DNA of 64,000 nucleotides from the human T2T-CHM13v2.0 reference genome, Homo sapiens. The stretch is taken from assembly GCF_009914755.1 (NCBI RefSeq), contig NC_060932.1, one strand, 5' to 3'. Position numbers and translations under genes: made by a program. Within the stretch, counting starts at the first letter, position 1. Every line of letters begins with the position of its first letter. Of the stretch, positions 52,452-64,000 are shown one piece after another. The notes under the pieces were generated by a model. That model was given only the letters and a program-made list of their open reading frames with translations, had not been told where the DNA came from and searched no databases.

Positions 52452-52798
52452 CAGTGATGTGCCACACAACAACGTTTTGGTGAATGACAGACTGTATATA
52501 TGATGGAGACCCCATAAGATTATAATACCATATTTTTATTATATGTTTCCTATGTTTAGATATGTGTAGATACACAAAAACTTACCATTGGGTTACAATT
52601 GCCTGCAGTACTCAATACAGTAATATGCTGTACAAGTTTTTAGCCTAGAAGCAATAGGCTATACCACACAGCCTATGTGTGTGGTAGGCAATACCATCTA
52701 AGTTTGTGTAAGTGCACTCTATGATGTTCACACAATGACAAAATAGCCCAATAACATATTTCTCAGAAGAATCCCTGCTGTTAAGCAACACATGACAG
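52452..52798 (+). mobile_element. Tigger3a (MER7A/Golem MITE)
   Basis: TIRs 'cagtgatgtgccacacaacaac' / 'ctgttaagcaacacatgacag'; TA TSDs; 347 bp. Confidence 0.9.
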
Positions 52799-52879
52799 TA
52801 TTTAATATTTCCTGCTTCCCTTTGAATGTGTCTTGGTGGGGAAGAGAAACAACTACGAGGGACTCAGACACACTGTAAT

Positions 52880-53990
52880 GGGGTTTTCAGACGTGAATTT
52901 CAAAGCAATTATGTTTAATATTTTAGAAAATAAGAGACAAGAGAAAGAATTCTGTTAGTAATACATATACAGGGAATATATATTTGCAACACGTATAACT
53001 GACAGACTCCTACAAATAATAAGGAAAAAATCAGACAACCCAGTAGGAAAAATATAGCATGGGACTTGAATAGCAATTTCACTTAGTATTATAGCCAAAA
53101 GTCATTAGTTTGTGAAAAAGTGCTCAGCTTCATTAGTCATCCGGGAAATGCATGTTAAAAATGCAATTAGCTACCTCTAAATGCATACCAGAATGTCACA
53201 AATTGAAGAGTGATAATACCAAATGACAGTAGGAAGTGGAACAGTGGGAATTCTCTTGCAATGCTGATGGGAGCATAAATTTTTATATACAACAAACAGG
53301 AAAAAACTTTGGCAGTTTTTTCAATGGTTAAAAAATATGCACACAAAGTACACCTAACAATCTTACTTCCAAGTTTATACCCCCCTAATTTTTATGTGTA
53401 TGTTCAAATGTTTTGTTGAACAAGATTCACAGCAGGCTATCTATTTCTCAAAGCCAAACCTGGAAATACTCCAAAAACCCAGGAACAGTAAAATTGATCA
53501 ATAATTTGGAATCTCAACAGTACAAACTTCCCAGCAATAAAATATAAAAACTATAGCTCCAAACAGCAACTTGGACATAATTCACAAATAAAACTGTACA
53601 TATGAACTTTGAATCTTTTATTTGCTAAATCCACAATGTCTACATATGTCAAAGCATCATGCTGTATATGATAAATACATAGAATTTTTGTCACATAAAA
53701 TAAATAATTAGGGAAAAAAGAAGCCAGATACAAAAACATACATAGTAAAGATTTAATGTATATGACAAAAGCAGACAAACATACAGCATTATGAATTATG
53801 ACTTTCTGAATGAGAGAAGGGGTAGTAAATGGGAATTAATATGATGAAGACTTCTATGGCATTGGTAGTGTTATAGTTATTAATAGGAGCACTGGTTACA
53901 TATATTTGTTCATGCTGTGGTCATTCTTTCAATTGATAATTATTATTGGTGCATATCTATGTATTTGCATTAAACCTGAATAAAAATTTT
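52880..53990 (+). mobile_element. L1ME-type 3' region
   Basis: 'atatttgcaacacgtataactgaca', 'tcattagtcatccgggaaatgca', 'aagaagccagatacaaaaa'. Confidence 0.75.
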
Positions 53991-54513
53991 ACAGCATGAC
54001 TCATGTTTACTGAAAAATATATCCAAATAAGGGTGCAAGATATTATATAAAAAGGAAATTATACCATTTACCAAATATTACTCTTTATACTATTGTTCAA
54101 CTTAATTATTTTTGCACAAAACTTAAACATAAGTATGTTTCTAGAACTCTAGCATTTTATCGATTTCTATCTACCTCATACTTTCTGAAGGAGAGTGTAG
54201 CACTCCATTCTATAGGTTATTTCATATTCTTTTCTATTACAATTCTGCAAGGAGTATGCAGGCATTTCCACTTTAGTATTCATGTAAAATTGGATAGACT
54301 CTGAATAAATGAATAAATAAAAATGATGCTAATTTGATAGATATTGCCAACAAACTGACATTGAAATACTTTGTCTATACCCTACCAAGACTTTATAAAT
54401 AAAAGACAGAAATATATGGCCTTGATCCCAGTGTATCTCAGGAAATGAAAAGAAAAGGAATCAAAGGATGGGAGGACCCTTTCTGTGACACAACATTGAG
54501 AGTATACAGGTTT

Positions 54514-54567
54514 TGTGTGTGTGTGTGTGTGTGCGTGTGTGTGTGTGTCTGTGTGCGTGTGTGTGTG
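54514..54567. repeat. Interrupted (TG)n microsatellite
   Basis: Direct reading. Confidence 0.95.
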
Positions 54568-57129
54568 CTGCTGTTACTGCAACAGAGAAGGTCCCTTTCT
54601 GGGGCAATTTTTCCTAAATTGTAAATTTTAGAAAGAAAGAATATGGTTGCCCTAGTGTGTTTCAGGACTTTTTGGCCTTAAAAAAAAATCAATTTTTCTC
54701 TAGCCAGGTGAGTTCTTTTAGAAAATCCATGGTTAGATGCCCACTTCTGTGTGCCTAAGGCCATTTGCATAAAAGAGCAAAGCAAGAATGGTGAATTTGG
54801 CTGCCTCCCCGAAGAAGGACCTTGTGCTGAGTGTTTTTAGTCATTTTATTCTTCATCATTTTGTAAGTGAAAAAATAACTATTTTTCAATTGTGATTCTT
54901 TAAATCTGAAATTTTGAGCATTAGACACACTTATTTTTCCTTTCTCTAAAATACCAAATATCTCTTTTCTGCTTCAATTTAGTTATAATTTTTTACATTT
55001 TTGAAAAATATTCTTATGTTGAAATATTAGAGGAATGTTTATCTTTTATATAAGGACTAAATTTTCTCAGTCTAAAATTTGAATTGTCATTTTTTAATGG
55101 CACTTCTTTGCTCATGCAAAAATTTATATTGTCTGTAACCAAATTAATCAATCTTTCCTTTTGTTATTTTGGTTTTATTTTTAAAAGGACTTCTTAATTC
55201 AAGAATATAAACTCTATACTATTAACATAAAATACATTTTCCTTTTTATCTAATAACTATGGTTATGTTCCCCCAAATTAAATTTTTTTAACTTTTTATC
55301 TGGGGAATAGCTCTTTATTCTTTAAAGTTTAGTTTTTTATCTTCTGAGCAGCTTTCGCTCTCTTTATTTTTCTTTCCATCTCATGCTACTTTTATATAAA
55401 ATATTTCTGTATTAACTTGCACTTATCTTTCTTGGTTATAACTTATTTATTTGCTTTTTTCCTGTCTGATTTCCTAGAAAGTATCTAACACAGGAATGTA
55501 GTAGATCTAATATGTGCTGAATTAAAGACTTGCCCTCAATGAGCACACTTTAATCAGCTTTCAGGATTGAAACCTTACAACTCTTCCAGGATATTGGCAA
55601 CCTAGTTAAAACATCTTCCCGACATCTCTCAGAAAGAATAGATGTCTCTCTCCTGAATTTCTCTAGCATATTGTTTTTACCTCTATTACTATAATTACCA
55701 AATTTTGGTATTTTAACTCTATGTACATAATTTGTTTTCCTCTAGCCTTCTATTTGTAAATTGCCTGAAAGATATTTGCCATTAAAAGGAGAATTTTATT
55801 TGAAATTTTACAAATAATATGAGTATATCAAAGCAGTGTTAATATCAGAAATACACTCTTTTGAAAGTTTCAACCTAAGATCTCCATCCAGCATAGTCAG
55901 ATAAGCCCCCATAAATTATAATCATTGTATGATTTATAAAATTTGAGTATCTTTCTTCTTTCCTTTCAATTTTCATTTGACTGAACTGGCCTTTTCACCT
56001 TGGACGTTTCAACAAGCTCACTGCTCTTTCAGTTGACACTAACTGATAACAACTGAACACTGCCACCTCTCAAATGCTGAACATTGACCTGCCTCATTCT
56101 CCTTGATCAATGTTGACAGCCTTATACTACCCTTAAGCACTTCCCATTTCTTGCTTCTGCCAGGGGGAAGTGCAGTTTATTTTACGACATCCACTAACAA
56201 ACTGACAAATCCCTCCTCGCCACCCTGAAATGTATCTACCAGAGCCCAGGGAATGGGTTACAAGCAGGTTGGAAATCAGAGCCCAAAGACAGGTTTTCCT
56301 GATGCTTTATAACTCTTCTTCAGCACTCCAGACTCTTTTTATTTCACTAGGCTATTACACTTTTTGGAGGGCAGGTGACGGTGGGGCCAAATAAAGGAAA
56401 ATGTCTTCATCCTCACAAAGCTCCTCCTCAGGGGCTAGACTGGACTAGATTGGGCAGTGGGTCACGTTACTCCTAAGGTTCAACATCTACTTCAGTAAGA
56501 TAAGCAAATGTGCTAATTCTAGCCCTTTGGTTTGGTTTCAGCCACTTTGGAATCATGAGACTTTTATCCTTTCCTAACCTTAACTCTGCTTTTCCCCATG
56601 CTCAGGATCAGCTGGTGAAGCAGCTCTAAAAGCCCAAGAGCCTCTTGTCTATTTCCACAGTCCCTCCCCTGACAGAGCTGTTCATCACTTCCACTAAATC
56701 ATTCCCTCTTGGCAGCCTTTGCTCTTCACACACAAATGTATTTTCTTCATTGCAACCCTAAACGGCAGGGCTTGTTTCCCAGGCTTTTTCAGTTTCCCTG
56801 AATGCTGGAGCTGAGCTATACTAAGACGTACTGTACCTCACTTTCTTCAGGCTGGACAAAACATCTATGCCTCATGTTTTCCCTTTTCTCCTTCATTTAC
56901 CCACAATCTCTCTTTGAGGGCTCCATCATTCTTCTTCTAAATGTCTTCAAAGTCATTCATATTTAAAAATGTCCTAATGATCTTGCAATCCAACACAGCG
57001 GAAACCTGTTTTCTCTGTCATTTTCTTCTTAAACAAGTTTAACAAATATACAGTCGCTGTCATTTCTTTACTCATTGTGTTTATTACTGTTTAATGAGAA
57101 ATAGCTCAATAGTAAGACAAAGTACCAGA

Positions 57130-58470
<1,341 letters not shown>

Positions 58471-58543
58471 TTTCCCTGAGAATAATTTAGTTACACCTTC
58501 TGGAATTCGCTGTGGTTGAGAATTATCTCTGCAGTCTTGCTCT

Positions 58544-58837
<294 letters not shown>

Positions 58838-59619
58838 AGGTTTGCTCTGGGGTATACTCTGGGGTCATATCCAAATGAAGTAATCAGGGTACAATAACAT
58901 AAGGCATAAGCCATGGGAAGAAAGAATGGAAAGAAATGGGGAAATATGGGTGGAGATTGGGTCAGTGAAAAAGAAGAAAGAAAGTTGGTGATTCTATAGA
59001 GTAATTTTGGTCTGTGATCTAGGAAATGACTCCTCAAATTCTAAAAGAAGTTGTGTGTATATATGGACATCTAGAGTGGAATATACATTGTAGGCCCAAT
59101 TCTCACCTCTTCCTAATCACAGGAATATCTGCGAGAGTGGTTAAAAAGATTGTCTCAGCACACAGGTGTGCATGCTATTGGAGAAGCACTGCTCTTCACT
59201 GGGTTTTCTGAAGATATTAAACCTCAGTAGAGCCATGTTTGGGAATAACTAAAGACCCCATTTGTACTTAATAAATCCTCAATTCCATACTGAGCTTGAT
59301 ATATCAGAGTATTTGGATTGCATAAGTGAAATCAAAAGGTATGCTTTTTTTTTTCAATAATTTTGATTAGAATTTAAAAACAAAATACTATATATGTTGA
59401 AAAATTTTGTCATAATTTTTGACATACGTACTTTAAGAATTCAGATATCTTTGCTTTGCTTCACAGAAAGTATGAAGGATAAAAAATAGAATATTTCCAT
59501 TCTGGTAATTATAATATTATGAGTAAGAAAATCACTTCTTTAAAACCAATATACAAATTTACTCACAGAAAACAAGCTGGAAGATTATTTTTTAGAAAAT
59601 GCCAGGATCATATGCAAAC

Positions 59620-60265
59620 ATTCAAAAGTTAGGAAGCAACACAAGAGAAAAAATGCACAGAGACTACAGTAAAACATTCACAACAGAGAAAGGCTGACCA
59701 ACAAAGATATAAAGAGAAGTGCAAACTCACTAGTAATCAGATAAAGTTAAACAATGAGATTTGACATTAACACCATTAAGTTGGCCAAAATAAGAAAGTC
59801 AAGTAATTACCATATCAAGAATATTGGAAATAAGAACCCCAGAGTTCTCATGAACTGCTGAAGGAAGTATCAATTTAAAAAGCTATTCAGGAAGGCATCT
59901 AAATGTATTTTGTGAAATTGTGTATATTTATGACAAACACTTCTCTAAGTATATAAAACCTGATAAATGGTTTGCATATTTTCTTTTTATTTTATTTTAT
60001 TTTTGTTGAGACGGAGTCTCGCTCTGTCGCTCAGGCTGGAGTGCAGTGGCACTATCTTGGCTCACTCCAACCTCCGTCTCCCAGTTTCAAGCAATTCTCC
60101 TACCTCAGCCTCCCTAGTAGCTGAAATTACAGGCGCACGCCACCATGCACATTTTCATAAGGTATCTTATGTAAGATTTTTCCTTGCAGATTCCTTATGA
60201 GCCTAAAACTGAAGACAAATTAGTTGTCTATTTTTAGGAAGAAAGGTAAGTAAAATGTGGCAAAT
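59620..60265 (+). mobile_element. L1ME-type 3' fragment interrupted by a truncated Alu
   Basis: 'aactcactagtaatcaga', 'actgctgaaggaagtat', 'taaaatgtgg'. Confidence 0.55.
59984..60145 (-). mobile_element. 5'-truncated AluS (right arm only)
   Basis: Ends at 'gcacgccacca'; TSD tgcatattttc (59973-59983) / tgcacattttc (60146-60156). Confidence 0.92.
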
Positions 60266-60292
60266 AGTTTCCACAAACCCATGGACCTATTT

Positions 60293-60592
60293 TTGTTTTT
60301 TTTTTTTTTTTTTAGACGGAGTCTCGCTCTGTCACACAGACTGGAGTGCAGTGGTGCCATCTTGGCTCACTGCAAGCTCTGTCTCCCAGGTTCACACCAT
60401 TCTCCTGCCTCAGCCTCCTGAGTAGCTGGGACTACAGGCGCCCACCATCACACCCAGCTAATTTTTTGTATTTTTAGTAGAGATGAGGTTTCACCGTGTT
60501 AGCCAGGATGGTCTCGATCTCCTGACCTCGTGATCTGCCCTCCTCAGCCTCCCAAAGTGCTGGGATTACAGGTTGAGCCACCACGTCTGGCC
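60293..60592 (-). mobile_element. AluY
   Basis: 'ctgcaagctc', 'ccattctcc', 'ccgtgttagccaggatggtctcgatctcctgacctcgtgatc'; degenerate TSD catggacctattt / catgcaccaattt. Confidence 0.94.
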
Positions 60593-60664
60593 ACATGCAC
60601 CAATTTCTTAAATAAATTCCTTCAAATAAACCTCTGCCTCTCTCTCTGTCTCTGTCTCTCTCTA

Positions 60665-60969
60665 ATCCAAAATCTGAAGGGTAGCCTAGTAGGTTGTGAA
60701 GAATTGATGTTGGAATTCAATATGGAAGACAGTCTGGAAGCAGAATTCCCTCTTCCTCAAGAGACCTCAGACTGTTTACTCGTAAGGCCTTCAACTGATT
60801 GAATGAGGCCCAACCATATGATGCAGGGCAATACACTCTACTCAGTCTACTAATTTACATGTTAATCTCATCTGAGAAAATACATCCATAGCAAAATCCA
60901 AACTGGTGTTTGAACAAATATCTTGGTACTATGATCTAGCCACGTTGACACATAAAATTAACCATCACA
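60665..60969 (-). mobile_element. MLT2C/MLT2D (ERVL) LTR fragment
   Basis: 'gcagaattccctcttcctc', 'aggccttcaactgattgaatgaggccca', end 'ttgacacataaaattaaccatcaca'. Confidence 0.85.
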
Positions 60970-62015
60970 GTAATACTACAGGAAAATAGTTGTGCAGCTA
61001 GCCTGAAAACAGACAATCCTGAGACTACAAGAAACAACTTTAAAAATCCCTATTTATTAATGCTATGCATACTTGGATGTTGACACACAATGCTGAAATC
61101 TCCATCCCTTTAATTAAGAGTTTAAAGAGGAAGAAATAAGCAGGATCCACAATTTGGGTTTCACTGTGAATGTGCCAACATACATTATTCTGAACTTTGC
61201 ATACTGATAATTTTTGTCAATCCATAAACTCTCTTATTCCTCACTTTCGAATATTCTCTCTGCTTGATGATATACCCCATTTTTAAAAACTTACCTCACT
61301 GCATTTTTGCATGTGTTACTCTTCATATTTTTGTCTACTTTATACTATTCTTCTTAGCTAATAAAAATGATTTCTAAAGTTCCTCACCCGAAATAAGACT
61401 TTTCTATTACTCTACATAACCCACTCAATACTACTTTCTTTCTAATTTTTGTCTCAACTACCAGAATAAAATTATCTCCATACCTTGTCTTCATTTCTGA
61501 CTATTTATCCATCCTCAGCCTACTATAATGTTTGGCTGCTGTCCTTATCCCTCCTTCCATTGAATTAGCTCTCACAAAGAGCATCAAAATACCTGGATTA
61601 CCAAGCTTACTGGCTCTGGTGGAACCATTTACATTGTACCTAACTAACTAAAATAAAATCTTCATGTCGGAAATAGAAATGACCTTAGTGGCCTTCACTA
61701 TGACATTCATCGATGTAAAGTGGAGGCTCAGAGATATTTGAATTCAAACACAATGAATTTCATTTTCATGATTCATTAAATCTTGAAGAGCTAGATGCTG
61801 GGGTGAAGGAATATTGCAGATTTAGTTTAATTCCCCATAGGTACTGATTATGTTTTAGCTAAGGAAGAAAATATCCAGTAAGGGATCAGAGTAAATCAGA
61901 TGCAACAGCAGAGAGAAAGGTACACTAAATTATTTCTACTTTCTTTGACCTCCCGGATTCAACTCTATTCCACTGATTGATTAGCAAGTTTCAAGGGACT
62001 TCTAGGTAAGTATAC

Positions 62016-62050
62016 AAAGCAGACAAGAAAGCAGACAAGAAAGCAGAAAG
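62016..62050. repeat. 12-bp tandem repeat (aaagcagacaag, about 2.6 copies)
   Basis: Direct reading. Confidence 0.9.
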
Positions 62051-62191
62051 CTTGAGGTAAGTTGAAACAATTATGCTTCCTAAATTTTATTGTACTTTTA
62101 TGGAGGATAGATTATTTAGAAATATATTTATCTGTTTGTCAGGTTTCTACTATTTTAATTTTATATTTGTGTTTTAAATTTTTTATATTTT

Positions 62192-62489
62192 TATTGACAT
62201 TATAATTGTACATATTTATGTTGAACAATTTGATTTATTTTGATACATATATGTTGTATACTGATCAAATCAAGGCAGTTAGTGTATTTATCACCCCATC
62301 CATTTATCATTTCTTTGTGGTGAGAACATTCAAAAGCCTCTCTTCTAGCTATTTTGTAAATATATAATACCTTACTGTTAATAGCCCTCACCCTACTGTG
62401 CAAGAGAACACCAGATCTTCCTTCTAATTGTAACCTTGTACCCACTGACCAATTTCTCATCCTCCCCATTCCCCCCACCCACTCTTTGG
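62192..62489 (-). mobile_element. L1MA4/5-type 3' end, 5'-truncated
   Basis: 'tttatcatttctttgtggtgagaacattcaaaa..ctctcttctagctattttg'; TSD aattttttatatttt (62177-62191 / 62490-62504). Confidence 0.88.
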
Positions 62490-63079
62490 AATTTTTTATA
62501 TTTTACTTTGCAAGAGAATATTCAGAATAATTTAAGAAAGGATCCGAAAAATATTTTTACTTTTTTTTTGCTATAATATATACAATATTTTTTCTTTCCA
62601 CTTTGTATATTCTAGTTCAGCATTTTTCATTGTGTTTTAAAATCAGGAGCATTCCTCAAGAGGCTGTTTGGTGTTGTTAGATGTTCAAGGAAGTGAACAA
62701 TTTTATAATATGGAATTCTGATGATTTTAAAACTCAACTTGGAGATTCAAAATACACATCAGCTTAGTATAACTACTGGAATCCTGAATTTTTAAAGCTC
62801 TATTATTTTAAATGAGTATTTTCTCAAAATTTTAATCATGGAACTATCTTTTGAAAGCATATTAATATTTTAGAGATATTAGTATTATATTTTTAAATGC
62901 TCTGCTATTTTTGTGATTGATATTTATGTACTTGATTCTTATATAATATTGCATTAACTTTAACGATTTTTTTTATTCAGTTAAGCTTTTCAAGTATGTT
63001 ATTGTCTATACTTATGGAAAATTTTATTACAACCTGTCCGATATTCACTCTACTGAGTATTAGATTGGCCTAAACTTTT

Positions 63080-63378
63080 TTTTATTTTTTTTTTTTAAGA
63101 CAGAGTCTCACTTTGTCACCCAGGCTTGAGTGCAGTGGCGCCATTTCAGGTCACTGCAACCTCTGCCTCCCAGATTCAAGCAATTCTCCTGCCTCAGACT
63201 CCTGAGTAGCTGAAATTACAGGTGTGCGCCACCACACCTGGCTAATTTTTGTATTTTTAGAAGAGATGGGGTTTCACCACGTTGGCCAGGCTGGTCTTGA
63301 ACTCCTGACCTCAAGCAATCCACATGTCTCGGCCTCCCAGAGTGCTGGAATTACAGGTGTGAGCCACCACTCCCAGCC
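63080..63378 (-). mobile_element. AluS (Sz/Sx-like)
   Basis: Full antisense Alu; TSD tggcctaaactttt / tagcctagactttt. Confidence 0.95.
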
Positions 63379-64000
63379 TAGCCTAGACTTTTAATACAAT
63401 AATAATACTATTCAATAGCGATAATACGCAACTTTATTTTATTGATTTTAATGCAACTTTCTTCAATGCTGTATTGTGAATTCTTAGGTTAAGGGTGAAT
63501 ATTTATAACTTTTGACCATGAAAATAATCTATTATTTGGGGGCTTGCATAAAATTGCATCATTATGGAACCTGCCAAAACTTACAGAAAATCCTTTTTCT
63601 CAGCCAGAGCACATTATACTTTGATTATTCTACTCACCATGGCATAAACATTTTATGATTGCTAGCAATAGATACTGATCAATCTTTGCACCAAACTTTT
63701 CTATCTTATTAAAAGTAATGTCCAAAACCTATGAAGGGAAGAATACTGGCATCAGCCTACACTCACATTTGGCGTTTTATATTCACTTTGAATGTGTTTT
63801 AACAGAATTATCAGATCATTCGCTCCAACAATGAGAGTTTTGTGTATTTTAAAAAAAAAATAGAAGTGAAGCTGAGAAGTCAGAGGTTAAATTTCATGAG
63901 AAAATTTAATTCTCATCTTCCCAGGGACTCATTAGAACCTTTCCCAGGTTATTTTCTTTAAAAAAAGGGCGAGTTGTTCCCAAATAGATAAAGAAGAAGT

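Overview
This is an AT-rich, CpG-poor, non-coding stretch of primate (most likely human) genomic DNA, either intergenic or deep intronic. I found no credible protein-coding gene, RNA gene, processed pseudogene or CRISPR-like array. The longer ORFs in the track fall mostly inside Alu, L1, MaLR or LTR12/LTR1 repeats. A large share of the window is recognisable transposon relic: 13 Alus (AluY, Sp, Sc, Sg, Sx/Sz, several 5'-truncated), old L1M and younger L1PA fragments, a complete THE1/MST MaLR provirus carrying a nested THE1B-type solo LTR, and solo LTRs (LTR12, LTR1, MER61, MER67, MLT1, MLT2, LTR33-like). DNA-transposon MITEs (MER20, MER5, MER1B, MER44A, MER81, Tigger3a), MIR, L2 and microsatellites are also present. 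Family names come from my recollection of consensus sequences, not from a database search. I do not see a new biological system here. The most interesting observations are a perfect DR5 retinoic-acid element apparently created by a local duplication inside an MLT1 LTR, an intact LTR12 promoter with seven CCAAT boxes, a DUX4 site in the nested THE1B LTR, two 5'-inverted L1 insertions, and several nested insertions with readable target-site duplications (TSDs).
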